A stretch of DNA of 64,000 nt from Octopus bimaculoides (Eukaryota), in the NCBI RefSeq assembly GCF_001194135.2, contig NC_068982.1:183161725-183225724 (forward strand), in the 5' to 3' direction. A program made the position numbers and the translations under genes. Below, one piece after another: positions 23,374-37,389 of this stretch (position 1 is its first letter; each line of letters opens with the position of its first letter). The notes under the pieces are model-generated. The model had not been told where the DNA came from and searched no databases. It worked only from the letters and a program-made list of their open reading frames with translations.

Positions 23374-24474
23374 TACTCACAGAGAATGGGCTTTTAGTTT
23401 CTGTCAACCAAAACCACTTATAAGGCTTTGGTCAGCCCAGGGCTATAGTAAGATAACATTTGCTAACGTGCCATGCAGTAGAACTGAACTCAGAACCATG
23501 TGTGGGGAAGCAAACTTAGCCACACAGCCACATTTGTACCTCAGTCTCTACAGAAAAATGGCTAGAGAGTTTGTGGACTGAGTGAACTCGATTAAAAAAC
23601 TACCCCCAACAATATGGTGTTGATGATGGAGACATTAAACCAGATAACCTGTTAAACACGGTGGTAGTAGAGATGATGACGACGATGATGATGATGATGA
23701 TGATGAAGATTATAATAGGGGTGGTAGTGGCAGAGGGAGTGTGTCAATTACGGCATTGATGGTAATAGTGTGGTGTGGCAGTGATGGTATTGATGGTGAT
23801 CAGTAAAACTGAAAGTCGTAACTTTCCCCTTAAATATTTTCTTTGTTCCTTCCTATGTGTTGCTGTCAATTCTGCTTTTATTTTTCATTTCATTCATTTC
23901 GTTGCAGTCGTTGTTGTCCTCGTTCTTGTTGCTGTTGCTTCTGTTGCTATACTTGTTGTTGCCACATCTTCTCCTTCTTCGATTCCTCTCCTCACCACCA
24001 CCACCCTATCCCCCAGCTCCCCCCCCCTCTATGGAGATTTCTTGCTCTTATCCTTGAGTTAACTTAAGAGGAAAAATCATGAATCATAGATTCTGGGAGA
24101 TGGCAGTGTTCTTCTCTTTGACTTGCTGAAGACAATCCAAAATGTCAGATTCTTCTAATTCTGCCAATCAACCNNNNNNNNNNNNNNNNNNNNNNNNNNN
24201 NNNNNNNNNNNNNNNNNNNNNNNNNNNNNNNNNNNNNNNNNNNNNNNNNNNNNNNNNNNNNNNNNNNNNNNNNNNNNNNNNNNNNNNNNNNNNNNNNNNN
24301 NNNNNNNNNNNNNNNNNNNNNNNNNNNNNNNNNNNNNNNNNNNNNNNNNNNNNNNNNNNNNNNNNNNNNNNNNNNNNNNNNNNNNNNNNNNNNNNNNNNN
24401 NNNNNNNNNNNNNNNNNNNNNNNNNNNNNNNNNNNNNNNNNNNNNNNNNNNNNNNNNNNNNNNNNNNNNNNNNN

Positions 24475-24519
<45 letters not shown>

Positions 24520-24759
24520 CATATATGTGTGTGTGTAGTCCAACCAACCAATCAGAAACGTCTGCCAATTAACCTTCTTTCAAACATACCAACTAATCAG
24601 TTAGATGCTTAAAACTATCACTACACAACCACCACATAGCCATCACGCAGACCCTAAGTACCACTACATGACCACAACATAACCACCATTACACAAGCAC
24701 TACAGAACCACTAAACAATTAATTGGGACTACACCATTCAATGTCTTTTTAATATCTTC

Positions 24760-26170
24760 TACTCTCCAGGGATATACCATGGTCCTTGGTAACACAATCT
24801 AGTGTATCCCACTCCTAACAAAGGTAACCACCTCAGACCTGCTGTCACCTATTAACACTCACTAGTTATATTTCTTAAGTAATGGAGATTGTTGTTTGTA
24901 ATGATGTACTGCATCTAAATTCCCACCTCTCTCTTTCTTTCTCTTTCTCTCACTCATTTTCTTTAATGACTACCAGTACAGTTCCCATAAAACTAGATCC
25001 ACAGGTGATCTACTTCCTTATATCACTAACAACTGAGCATCCCTCTTATCGAAATTTGGTGAAAGCAATTTTGTCAGCCTCAACATTATCAGCAAAGCTT
25101 TCAACCATATATGGCATGCAAATCTCCTATTGAAAATCCAGGGATACGGGTGCTTTCTGTCTCTCATCTTTTGGATTGGTAGCTTCCTATCTGATCTCAC
25201 TATTGCAGCAATTGTTGAGAAAGCCCTTTCCATTCTTCATTTCATCAACTCAGGAATACCCAAGTTTCAGTTTTGTCCCCAACTCCCTTCCTCTTATACA
25301 TATCAATGACTTATTTACCATCACATCCAACAATGTCCACTCTTGCACACATGATACTACCCTTCATGATTCTTTATCTTCTCCAACCAGAAATTATCTA
25401 CTTGCAATCTAGTCACCACACAAGACCTCCACTGATTCCATGAACCTTAAAAGTGATCAAAAAGGCAATTGCTGATAGAGATATGCCAAACTTATCTTCC
25501 AACAGCAAAAAGTACAAACACTACTCTTTCATGAAAACATCATGAGCAGCATGCAGTTAGAACCTTTATGGCTGCTCTCAATGTTGGGCCTCAATGTCAC
25601 CTAGTATCTCTCCTGGTAAAAGCACCTCCTTAACATAGCTTACACCACATCCCAATGACTACCCCTTCACTTCAGGTTCAGAAAATACTTCAGCTCCCAA
25701 CAGTTATTGACATTCTACTAAGCTCAGCTGAAGCCCATGATGGAATTCATTTCCCCCATCTGGGAGGATTTTACTGCTACATTCACAGACTCTCTAGAGT
25801 ACATCCAGACTAAGAACACCTGACTGACTGGCATAAACTCATTCACAGACACCCTCTATCCTCTATTCTACATGTGTTGTCTCCTTGCTTTGCATTTTCT
25901 ACTAAAATTACAATAGCCTCTGCTGTTCTGAGCTGGGTTTGTACCTCTTCCACTCAGGCATTCCTGATTTCCTCTGTCTCTCTTCTTTTTCTTTTACTCT
26001 TGTTGTGTCCTCACATATCCATCAGGTCCACATTAACCACTGCCTCCTATCCTTCCTACTCAGAACATTGTTCCTCTGGTGTCTCCTTTCTAGTTATGTC
26101 TTTCCAGCAGAGTTATGTCTTTCCAGGACTCTACAATTTCATAGGGTCTGTGAAGAGCCTGGGCATAACC
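24760..26170 (+). mobile_element. Degenerate CR1/L2-group LINE: RT domain and C-terminus
   Basis: Collinear remnants ISKAFNHIW, INSG.P, LIHINDL...NNVHSC.HDTTLH (YADD region), FRFRKYFSSQQLL and LKPMMEF.SPIW, with many stops and frameshifts. Confidence 0.8.
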
Positions 26171-27384
26171 CCTTCCTCCAGACCCAGCAGATAAAAACAA
26201 ACATGACATACGAGGCTTTGTCTATGTAATTTAGCAACATCATATCCCTTCTTAACAGGATACATTGATGCTAGTTACTAGTGTGACTGTGCAGCCTCCT
26301 ACTCAACAAGTGAGTTATTAAATGAGTTATTAAATGTCCCTCTGTGACTCAACTACCACAAAGACTGGTCATTAATAAACTACACCCAACTAATTCTTAT
26401 GTTAATCATTAACTGTCCCCATCTTAGTAAGATCACCACAAAGACTGGGTGGTCATCATTAAACAATTATCAACAGACCAGTACTTAATGGCCAACTTAT
26501 CACCCCTATAACAACAACCTAATCAAAGAAAATTTACCAAAGTTACCTGAGAACTCTACAACAAAAAACACTTGCTCCATCAGAACACCATCCCTACAAC
26601 AGTAATAACAGCAAGTCTACGGAAACCCCATCACAAAACAAGCTTAAATATATTAGTCTTTTCACTATCTCTTGACACGGCAGCAAACATCACATCTGTT
26701 TTATTTCCACTATAGTTAACTCTGATCAACAACAGTCTCAGAAACTATAGTTGCTAGATATAAATAGAGTCATAATACCCAATCTTATGGCAGCAGCTAT
26801 TGTAGTGTGACAACAATCACATATAATATGGTATGTAACTTTGCCTTGACGACAAACACATATAATATGGTATATAACTTTGCCTAACTACAAAAGCAAG
26901 TGGCAGTTATAACGAGATAAAGGTATCTATCTCGCTGTAAAAACAACAATTTCAACAAAATATCTCATTCAATTTAGCAGGGAAAGATGAATGTTAAATA
27001 GTGAAAAATAGAAGACAAACTATGGCTCATGAAAAATTCTACACACTACCAAGACTGTAACCATGAAATTGCATGAAGTTTTCAATGTCTTATAATTGTT
27101 TAGCCCAAAATGCATACTAATTCTAAATACAGCCTCTCTCACATTTATAATGATACCCTTCACTTTTCCTTCATGGAAGACACCTGTACACAAGTACGAA
27201 AACACCAGTACACTGGCATCATTGAAATGTAACCTAGACACCCAAAATCAGATGTAGTCCTATATTCACTAAAAATGAGAGTTTGCCACAGTTGGAATGT
27301 CATTCAATATATGTCAGCTAAATTAGAGTTGATCTGTAGTTAAACAACCTCAAAAACCATTACCACCACCACTGGAAACTATTA

Positions 27385-28630
27385 ACACTAACAAGGACTT
27401 TCTCTCAGAGTGAAAGGTAGACTATATGATGCTTGTGTGAAAACAGCTATATTCCATGGTAGTGAAACATGGGCTCTGAATGCAGAAGACATACGTAGAC
27501 TGGAGAGAAATGAAGGCAGTATGCTCCATTGGATGTGCAACACTAGTGCACATCTACAACAAAGTGCAAGTGTATTGAGAGACAAACTGGGCATAAGAGG
27601 TGTCAAATGTAGCATGCAAGAGAGAAGACTACGTCAGTTTGGACATGTGATGTGTATGAATGAAGACAGCTGCATGAAGAAGTGCTGATCACTGAAAGCA
27701 GATGGCACCCGCAGAAGAGGGAGATCCAGGAAGACGTGTGATGTTGGGTCTCAAGGAGGAAATGACAACGGACCAAAATATCTGGTGATATGAAGTTCTT
27801 CAAAAGACCTACCCACGTCAGCAAAACTGAGTTCTAGAAGCACTGCGTGCCCCACCGACACTTAACAAGAAAATTTCTCACACACTCTACCACAAAAAAC
27901 CAAACTACACCGCTACATCTCTTCTCTCCTCACATTTCCACTTCATGCCTACCTCCCACTCCCCAATCTTGTCCTCTTGGCCCTGTGCCATTGTATCATT
28001 GCTATCCACTAGCTTCCAACGTGTGTTCCACCCACCTTCTGTCACACTGTATCATTGCATATGCCCGGCACTTTGCCACCATCTCTCTCTCTCCTTCTGC
28101 ACTTCCCTCAGGTTGGGTATTCCTTTTGTGGCAGTGCACCTGTTTCTGTCTTCATTCTAGATCTCTCTCTCTCTTTCTGGCCAGGTAACCTTGCATCTCC
28201 TCTACAGCAAGACACCTGTTTTTGTCTCTCTACCTTACTATAACCTTTCATCATCCAACACAAGATCACCTCCTCCAATGCCCTCACCCCTCTCAAAAGA
28301 GTATTTTCTTTTTTGTCTTGCAGGTTACTTGGTGTCCCTGTCAGTGCAGATGCCACTTAAAAGTGCCCAATCTACACTGTAAAGTGGTTGGCATTTGGAA
28401 GGGCATCCAGCTGTGAAAACCTTGCCAAAACTGACCTTGCCTGTGCTTGTGCCACGTAAAAAGCACTAAGTCCACTCTGCTGAGTGGTTAGGGTTATGAA
28501 GGACATCCATCTGTAACGATCCTGCCAAAACAGTCACAGAAGTCTGGTGCAGGCTTCTGCCTGGCTGGCTCTTGTCAAACTATCCCAAGCATGCCAGCAT
28601 GGAAGGTGGGCGTTAAACGATGATGATAAT
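27385..28630 (+). mobile_element. 5'-truncated RTE-clade LINE (ORF C-terminus plus 3'UTR)
   Basis: RVKGRLYDACVKTAIFHGSETWAL...LERNEGSMLHWMC...RRLRQFGHVMCMNEDS...GTRRRGRSRKT, ending CGTTAAACGATGATGAT. Confidence 0.9.
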
Positions 28631-28899
28631 CATCATCATCATCATCACCAGCATTACCAACACTACCTACACTGCCATCAACACCATCTATAACATCTCC
28701 TACTACCACCATCACCACAGTCAAATATCCCCCAGGTTACACCCTACTGTCTTAAAACAGGGAAGAGAACATTGACCAATAAAGTCATAGATATGTAATA
28801 TATAGAATGGTCATGGCTGGAACGCTTTGGTGATAAGAGTGCCGGCGCTGGATTAGGGCTGACAGAGCTGTGCAGACATTTGTAACATTTGCAAGCATG

Positions 28900-29240
28900 G
28901 CTGTGTTGTAAGAAGTTTGCTTCCCAATGTCATGGCTCCAGGCTCAGTCCCACTGTGTGGCACCTTGGGCAAGAGTTTTCTACTTTGGCCTCAGGCCAAC
29001 CAAGTCCTTGTGAAAAGATTTGTAGACAGAAACCAAAATAAACCCATTGTGTGTGTGTGTGTATGTGTGTGTGTGTCTGTGTTTGTCCTCCACGGCCGCT
29101 TGACAAAGGAGACCATCAGAATAAGTACCAGGCTTAAAGAGTAGATAGGCATTAGGGTCGATTCATTCGACTAAAATTCCTTGAAGCAGTGCCCCAGCAT
29201 GACCGCAGTCTAATGACTGCAACAAGTAAAAGGAGAAAAG
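28900..29240 (+). mobile_element. SINE family A, near full length
   Basis: Head, (GT)n and tail in order. Confidence 0.8.
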
Positions 29241-30984
29241 ATAGGCAAGGGCAGAAGAAGCATATTTAAAAGCACACACCTCTTGGCTACTAATGCGACT
29301 GTGCTACCCCCAGAAAACAAGGGAGTATTTCCAGCCACACATCACGTCCTACTTCTGCCACTCAATGTCCAGCATATTTCAAACCACAACCCCTAAGTTG
29401 CTACAGTACAGTCCCCTTACTGCTGGACATCCAGCATATTTCAAGCAACACACCTCTAAATTATTAGTTTAGTCCCCCCCTCCCCCACCANNNNNNNNNN
29501 AAGCAACACACCTCTAAATTATTAGTTTAGTCCCCCCTCCCCCACCAACACCTCCCCCCTCTATCATCCTCCCATTCCCACCCCATCTCAACTGAATATT
29601 TTTATTAATCTTTCAGGATGAATTCTTCAACTAAATCCAAGTGAAATGTTTTTAAAAGATATTTTGACAAATTGAGAAAACAACAGATAAACATGGCATT
29701 TATAATCTGCATCATCATCATCATCATCATCATCATCTGTAACTACTTGTCACATAATCAGCATCAAAAGGAGCAGCAGCAGCATCTTCAATAATCACGT
29801 CACAGACATCATCACCATCACCACCACCACCACCACCACCACCATCACCATCATCATCATCACCATCATCATTGCTATGTGTTGTGAGGAAGCCTTTTTT
29901 ATTGTAAATGTGAAATTTTGCAGTAATAGTAGCAGAACTGGTGATTGTAGTGGTGGTGGTGGTGGTGGTGGTGGCAGTTGTAATGATAGTGATTGTTGTG
30001 ATGAAAGTAGTAGTAGTAGTAGTAGTAGTTGTTGTTGTTGTTGTTGTTGTGATGGTGGTGGTGTAAGTAAAAATGGGGGTGTTAACGGTGGTGGTTATAG
30101 CAATGTGGTTGGTGATGTAAAAACAATGGCGGCCAGTATAATAAGCAGTAGTAGCCATTGTTGTTGTTTAACCCCAGGTCAGCTTTCATCAAGTGGACCT
30201 ATGACCAAAAGGTGTTCTAGTCTTGACTGTCCTAATATTTTGTATATAAGTTTGTGCATAAAACCCTACATTATTTAATTTGTCCTTTTATTTTAGGGCT
30301 TGTTTGAGATTTGAGAGGGATTTGAATAATGAAACACCACAACCAGATTCCAAGTTACCCCCCCCCCNNNNNNNNNNCAAAACTAACAAATCCACTGGCC
30401 CTGATATTATCCCTTCCGTTGCACGCCAAACAGTGCACCCCAAAGCTAGTTATTAACTAGCCTTACCAAACCCTTCAATTTCTTTCTGTCAACAGGAATA
30501 CACACAAACATCTCATTCCCAAGAAAGAAAAAAAACTCTGGCCCTATCAACACGTGCCCTTTCACACAAGCTTCTGATATCTCAAAATTAATGGAGGCAT
30601 TGATTAACAACAACCTTCTGCAACTCCTTGGATTTATTTCCTCCTCCAGGCAGTCCAATGTGTTCTTGAGCAAAACACTTCAGTTCACACTGTTCCGGTC
30701 TATTCGACTTTAAATGAGTAACCCTGTAAGAAACTGACATACTGTTCAGGGGCAATGTCAAGATCTCAGCTGCTTGTATGCTATGGGAACCAGGTAACTA
30801 GCCTCATAAGTCTTACAATTCAAGACACTCATGAAATGGCTCTCATAAGCCTGATCTACTGCAGAACCACTCTCCTATGTCACTGACCAGTTGGCTCTTG
30901 CCTTCAAGATATTTGATGAAAGCAGCAAAGCTTCAGACCATGTCTAGATGTGAATCTCCTATCAAAATTTATCATCTATTAAGC

Positions 30985-31445
30985 TGGTGAGCTGGCAGAA
31001 TCATTAATAATCATTAATTAAGGCGGCGAGCTGGCAGAAACGTTAGCAAGCTGGGTGAAATGCTTAGTGGTATTTCGTCTGCCGTTATGCTCTGAGTGCA
31101 AATTCCGCCGAGGTCGACTTTACCTTTCATCTTTCAGGGTCGATAAATTAAGTACCAGTTAAGCACTGGAGTCAATGAAATTGACTTAATCTCCGTTTGT
31201 CCCCTCTATGTTTAGCCCCTTGTGATTAATAAAGAAATAAGAATTATTAGCACCCCAGGAAAAGTGCTTCACAGCATTTCATTCATTATTATGTTTTGGG
31301 TTCAATTTCTGGCAAGGTTGATTTGCCCTTCATCCTTTCAGGGTCATTATAATGAGCACCAGTCAAGCATTGGAGTCGATATAATCAACCTACCCCTTGA
31401 CCCAAGCTTGCTGGCCCCATGTCAAAATTTGAAACTAATATTTAC
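30985..31445 (+). mobile_element. Tandem SINE family B copies nested in the LINE
   Basis: GCTGGCAGAAACGTTAGC...GAGGTCGACTTT.CCTTTCATC...GGGTCGATAAATTAAGTACCAG at 31030-31240, with a more diverged copy after it. Confidence 0.8.
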
Positions 31446-31885
31446 CACCTATGACCCCTATCTCCCTCTCATCTCTTCTTGCTATATCTCAGTATCATAG
31501 CCTGTGCTGACTGAATTCCATTTTTAATTCTTATTCCATCAACTCTGGTGTGTTCCATGATTTAGGTTTTTTTCCACACACTCTTCCACCTTTACATCAA
31601 CCTATTTGCTGTTACATCCACTCTTATGCTGACAACACAATCCTTCATTCTCCTCTAATATTCCTCATCCAAATGTTGTCCACATACAACTTAAATGCTT
31701 CACATTAAATTTGCATTGAATTTATGAACAGACAACTCAAAAACATTCCTCCCAAGCAGTCATGCAGATCTTGTCGTCACTAACAGCAAAAGATAAAAAC
31801 AGAATCACTGCATACATCAAAAAATATCACACCTCTCCACTGCAAAAACATCGACAGTACATAGCAGGAACCCTAAAAGCTCACC

Positions 31886-32114
31886 TTAACCCTTTTGTTA
31901 CTGTGTTTATTTTGAGATGCTCTGTGATTCTTTCAATTACTTTAAATATAGCAAAGAATTTAGCAAAATAACTTAGTTATCATTCAGCTAGTGTTAGGGA
32001 CATAAATTGTGACTAAGGTTTGGTGGGAGATTTTAATTCAAAACTTATGTAAACAAGACATTTGTACTACAGAGCCAGAGCCGGTTTCAGCCAGGTTGGT
32101 AATGAAAGGGTTAA
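31886..32114. mobile_element. Complete piggyBac-type MITE (221 bp) with TTAA target-site duplication
   Basis: TTAA at 31886-31889 then CCCTTTTGTTAC; GTAATGAAAGGG then TTAA at 32111-32114. The TIRs match at 10 of 12 positions. Confidence 0.85.
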
Positions 32115-34032
32115 ATGCTAGTCCTCACCATGAAGGACATGAGAGATCTTTAGGATCTCAGGTCCTTAAAATAGCAAAACCTACAACCCAAAGACTAACC
32201 TGCCTCTTTAGAATCAGAAAATATTTCACTCAACAATCCCAAGACATTTATAAAGTTTAGGTGAAACCCACAGTATAGCATTGCTCCCTAACATAGACAT
32301 TTGTAATCATACCCCAAAATGGGTCACCTGACAGATTAACATAAAGTGACTCACAGACATACTCCAGCCTCTAACCCTCAAACTATGTTCTCTCTCTCTC
32401 TCTCTCTCTCTATCTCTTTCTCTCTCTCTTTCTCTCTCTTTCTCTCTCTCGCTCTCTCTCTCCCTCTCCCTTTTCTACTGCTATTATAGTATCCTCTGCT
32501 TCTTAGAGGTAGTTTGATCTCAGGCCATGTCCACTCAGACATTCTCAATCCATGCCTTAACCACTATGCTCAATCCTTCCTCCTCAGAATGCTTTCCCAC
32601 TGGAAATTTCCCCCACTTCCACCCCGTTGTCCGTGTTTTCTGTGTAATCACTGACTTGCAACAGTTCAAGTGGAATATTAGCAGCGTTAATCTCACCAAT
32701 CTTGGAGGACATGCAAAGGCCATGGATACAAGCTTCTTCTTCCAGACCAAACCAATACCAAACAAAGGAGATTTTTATCTCCACCACCACCACCAACATC
32801 AACATCAACATCAGCATCAGCATCAACACCAACACTGCCACCCTAACCACATCACTATCAGCACTGCCAACAACAATGCTTCGATCACTACCACCACTGC
32901 CAATACTCCTCCCCAACACTACAGCCATCACCACAATTACCAACACCAATACAATACATTGATTAGTTACAAGAACCATGACAAGATCAATAACTGAACT
33001 GACAAACTAAAAATAGACACTCTCTCACTCTCTTTCTCTCACTCTCTTTCTCTCACTCTCACTCTCTCTCTCTCTCTCTCCCACTCTCTCTCTCTCTCTC
33101 TCTCCCACTCTCTCTCTCTCTTTCTATCTAGCTATCTGTCCATTCTTTCTTATCCTTTCTCTCGTCTACTACAAACTGTCTCTTTCTTTCTCTCCTTACG
33201 ACCCCTCGTCTCACTCACTTTTCTCTTCCTTTCTGTCATCTTTGTTCTACCTCCCACGCTGTGCGAAAGCATGTGAATATAAATATATAGGCATAGATAT
33301 GGATATGTGTGTGTACACACACAGACATGTACATACACACACATGACCACACGCAAATATATACCTATATATTTATATTCACACAATGTGAGAAATGATA
33401 GAAAAACGCACACTCACACACACAAACAAACAGACACTTGCAAAAAAAGTAAAATATAAAAAAAACATCTATGTATAAAAACATTGAAACATGTGTTGGT
33501 AATGGATTATTTCCAAATTACATAATTTCAGGTTCAGTCCCACTGCAGAGCACCCTGAACAAGGATTAAGCTGGTGGAAGCTGAAAGAAGTGTACATGTG
33601 TGTGTGTATGTGTGTGTCCTTATTCAGTTTTATTTCAGGATTTCTTGCCAATAGAGAAAGAACCGGTTTCTAACCTAGATCCAAGGCTCCTTCACTGGAA
33701 TTTCAATATCAACAGGCTATTTTTGTACATATGTATGTATGTATATGTGCAGATTTGTGTGTTTTGTTTTATGTATATATGTATGTTTATGTGTGTATGT
33801 ATGTGTGTATGCGTGTATGTATGGTCAGATCAGTCTCGAGCACTACAGGTAACATGTGATCCAGTACAACCTGTCACATGGCTGTGTCACTGGTGACTAA
33901 ACCAGTAACCTCAACAATCTTGCTTGTTGTGGAAGGTGATTTATTGGAGACCCAGTGGAATGGAAGGTAAAATTTGTCAATGGATGAAGGAACTTAAGAG
34001 AGTCAACAGCCATCCAATAATGAGTATATATG

Positions 34033-34139
<107 letters not shown>

Positions 34140-34234
34140 ATGTGTGTGTTTGCAGTAGTACATAGTTATTGTACTGTTAGTGGTTCACTTGCTTTCTGTC
34201 ACATCTAGAGGTGATTTAGTTACCATTATTTATT

Positions 34235-34430
34235 GAAATAAAGCAGCAAACTGGCAGAACTGTTGGCATGCCAGACAAAATGATTAGCGGCATTTCGTCC
34301 AACTTTGCATTCTGAGTTATAATTCCTTTTGGTGTTGATAAAATAAGTGTTAGGCGAGCACTGGGGGGTCAGTGTAATTGGCTTATCCTCTCCCTCAAAA
34401 TTTCAGGCCTTGTGCCCATAGCAGAAAGGA
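34235..34430 (+). mobile_element. SINE family B, diverged
   Basis: AACTGGCAGAACTGTTGGCATGCC...GCATTTCGTCC...TTCTGAGTT. Confidence 0.7.
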
Positions 34431-34769
34431 CTATTTATTGATTTAAGTAAGTGACTCTTGTATTACCGTAACTGTCTTTGGGCTGTTTGTGTTATGCATA
34501 CTGGCTGTTTGAATTTGTAAGTGGAGTTGGATTGTAAACTTTAGTATAGAAATCAAAATTTGAGGAAGTATAGATCAATATTGATGGTGTGTGGTGGAGG
34601 CTTCTCCATATAAGGTGATATGATGAGACATGACCCGTTCACTGAATTAGATTGTGGATAAAATATCTTTTCTGATCACCCAGTGAGTCATGCAGTTTTG
34701 GATATTGGTTGTGATGTGTTAGTATTGTATGCTGCGTTTCAATGAGGTGTATCTCAGGATATTTAAGGT

Positions 34770-35002
34770 ATAACCCTTTCATTACTATATTTCTGACCAA
34801 AATACACCCCGCATGAGTTTCAATTCTAAAATAAGCATGAATTTGGACTAGTTTCATTAAACAACTTTCCTGCAAAAGACTATGGGTAGACCCTGTCTCA
34901 GAAAATTTGTTAGTAAAAAGATTTTTACTCCATTCTGGTGTAAAATCAACGTCGCTGTCGCTGCTTTCAATTTCTTCAGAATCACTACTTTCAGTTTCGG
35001 AT
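34770..35002 (-). mobile_element. piggyBac-type element end with an acidic transposase-like remnant
   Basis: ATAA then CCCTTTCATTAC at 34774, identical to the right TIR of the 31890 MITE. Minus frame reads SETESSDSEEIESSDSDVDFTPEW. Confidence 0.55.
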
Positions 35003-35272
35003 CGTTGCCAGTGCCCCTGGACTGGCTCTTGTGCGGGTGGCACATGAAAGACACCATTTTGAGCGTGGCCGTTGCCAGTGCCACCTGACTGGCCTTCGTG
35101 CGGGTGACACATAAAAGCACCCACTACACTCTCTGAGTGGTTGGCGTTAGGAAGGGCATCCAGCTGTAGAAACTCTGCCAAATTAGATTGGAGCCTGGTG
35201 TTGCCATCCGGTTTCACCAGTCCTCAGTCAAATCGTCCAACCCATGCTAGCATGAAAAGCGGACGTTAAACA

Positions 35273-35307
<35 letters not shown>

Positions 35308-35310
35308 ATG
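35003..35310 (+). mobile_element. Young RTE-type 3' element
   Basis: Nearly identical to 49855-50120, CpG-rich, with a (GAT)n tail. Confidence 0.9.
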
Positions 35311-35559
35311 CATGCTGGGCAAGTATGCACTGGGACATAGAAATATTCAGGTTAGTGTCCAAGAGCACAGTAAGCCCACTAGGAATGACCGACCCCTGGT
35401 CTTTGTTAAGGCATCTCTTTAAGGGAAGTAAAAATCACATATAAAAGCTGCTGCTCTACTGACCAAGATATCATGCACTTTGTTTGTCTCTGGGTTTCTC
35501 GGTTTTACTAGCATTAGTCACTGTGGTTTTGAGCAAGCCACACTCGACTTAAAACACTT

Positions 35560-36320
35560 GCACAGGCATTGCTGATACTAATGCCAGGGATGGTTATTCT
35601 CGTCTAATGAGTAGACAGCCATCATGCCATGTATGTAGACATGATGCATGTATATGTGTGTGCGATCCATAAAAGGTCTTCACATTACAAATGTCATAGA
35701 TGTCATGCTTGTGGATGATGACATAATCCAGCAAGTGTCCAACTTTAAACCTTGGATGCATCCATGTTGTTGTGTGATCACATTTGTACATAAAATGAGT
35801 GCTTGCGCGATATAAAGTCCCTGTTTATCCCAAAACTCCAGATATACAGGTCCTGAGGGAAGCTGATATCTTGAGTATTGAGGCAATGGTGCACAAGCAC
35901 TGGTTCCATTGGACTGGACACCTTATTAGATTGAAGGATAGCAAGATCCCTAAACAGATGCCATATGGGGAAACTTTTTAGTGGAAAGAGACCTCAGCAG
36001 AAACCAAGGCTGCGATTTAAGGACTGTGTCAAGTCCTCATTAAAGGCCTGTGATATGCAGGCGACTAACTGGGAGAACAATGCTTGTCATTACCACAGAT
36101 GGAGGAAGCAGGTTAAGGAGGGGCTCGACACCTTTGAGAGATCACGTATTCTGCTAGCATAGTGAATGGGGAGAGTTTGGTCTGCAGTGTTTTCAGTCGT
36201 GTATGCTCATTGGCCACCAACAGAGCTGCAAATGCAAAATATAAGTTAGTTCTAGAGCACACAATGTTCCTAAAGGTCAGCAATGGTCTTCCTCGGTCAC
36301 GAGTGAATGGCCATCATATG
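35560..36320 (+). mobile_element. Degenerate RTE (BovB-like) LINE 3' fragment
   Basis: PDIQVLREADILSIEAMVHKHWFHWTGHLIRLKDSKIPKQMPYGE and GKRPQQKPRLRFKDCVKSSLKACD, split by a frameshift. Confidence 0.85.
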
Positions 36321-36739
36321 TGTGGGCATGTGTAAATGTATGCATATCTGTGAGTGTACATGAATGTGTGTATGTCTTTTTGTGTTGACATTACACTGTA
36401 GTTGAATATTAGTGTCACAGTTATACAAGAAATGTCAGTCATTTCTGTTCTTCCATCCAAATATGTCCAGCCATGGTAAAACTTTATTGTACTTAGAAAC
36501 AAGTAAGGACTGATGAGAGGCAGGGCATCTGTCTGTAGAAAATATGTCTCAATGAATTCCATTTGACCCAAGCAAGCACTCATAGAAACAGGGGATGTTA
36601 AAAATGGCAATCATGATGAATGTGTGTGTATGTGTGTATGCACGTATACATGCATGTGCATGTATGTGTGCATGCTTGCATGTTTGTGCTAGAACTGCAG
36701 ATGCTGGCACAATAATCCACAAGCTCTATCATTCAGTCC

Positions 36740-37190
36740 TCAGAAGAGGAGATGGTGGTAAAAAAAGCTAAATTCACTATTTTCAGTTTGGTTTTCATGG
36801 CCACCCTCACCTATGGTCATGAATATTGGTAACAACTTAAAGACTGCAAATACAATTGACCAAAATGGAGTTCTTCTGAAAGATCTCTAGTGTAATGTTA
36901 CTCAATGGTGCATAGCTCAGAGATCAGGGAGTTGCTCTAGGTTGAACCATTACCTATCTACATTAAGTGGTTGCAGCTCCTGTACTGTGGACATGTAACT
37001 AGAATGTCACAAGAAAGAATTACAAGATGGAATCTTCAAGCTGAACCAACATAGGGTTAGACAAAAAACAAGAAAGTTGGATAATATCCAATAGTTTTGG
37101 TTGGTCATGCTTGGAAATCCAGTCAGAAAGTGTGATAACAGTTCCTTCTGATAGGTTCCTATGGAGGTGCCTCAAGATTCAACCCCACCA
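36740..37190 (+). mobile_element. Degenerate RTE (Expander/Rex3-like) LINE 3' fragment
   Basis: TLTYGHEYW...SSEIRELL*VEPL...GHVTRMSQERI. Confidence 0.7.
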
Positions 37191-37389
37191 GGAACATTGG
37201 GTAGCAAGGATAAATTAATCGATAACTTTGTGTGTGTGTGTGTGTGCATAAGCACACTTGTGGTCACTCAACCTACTAGGAATAGCCATCAAAAGGTGTG
37301 CATTTACCTTCTAGTTAAATGACACCCTACTATCTTGCAAATGCAGAGTAGTTTATTTAGGAAGGCACTGCTTCTCAGCAGCAACATAC

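Larger units (their letters stand above)
30340..32710 (+). mobile_element. Fragmented CR1/L2-group LINE interrupted by SINEs and a MITE
   Basis: Ordered remnants KSTGPD (about 30390), PKK, ISKLMEALINN (about 30580), LSYVTDQL (about 30880), INSGV...IHSYADNT (31540-31640), LFRIRKYFT (about 32200) and DLQQFKWNISSVNL (about 32660). Confidence 0.75.

Noticed and set aside
29443-29548. 48-bp direct repeat
   Set aside because: The copies flank a 10-N gap, which is typical of an overlapping contig join.
32584-32979. ORF with a phase-1 donor (TTG|gtgaga at 32697)
   Set aside because: It is antisense to the 3' end of the CR1/L2 LINE and has no acceptor. It also shows how easily such donors arise by chance.
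34639-35217. 192-aa minus-strand ORF
   Set aside because: It is a chimera of antisense RTE tail, piggyBac remnant and flank; the same N-terminus appears in ORF 49767-50045.
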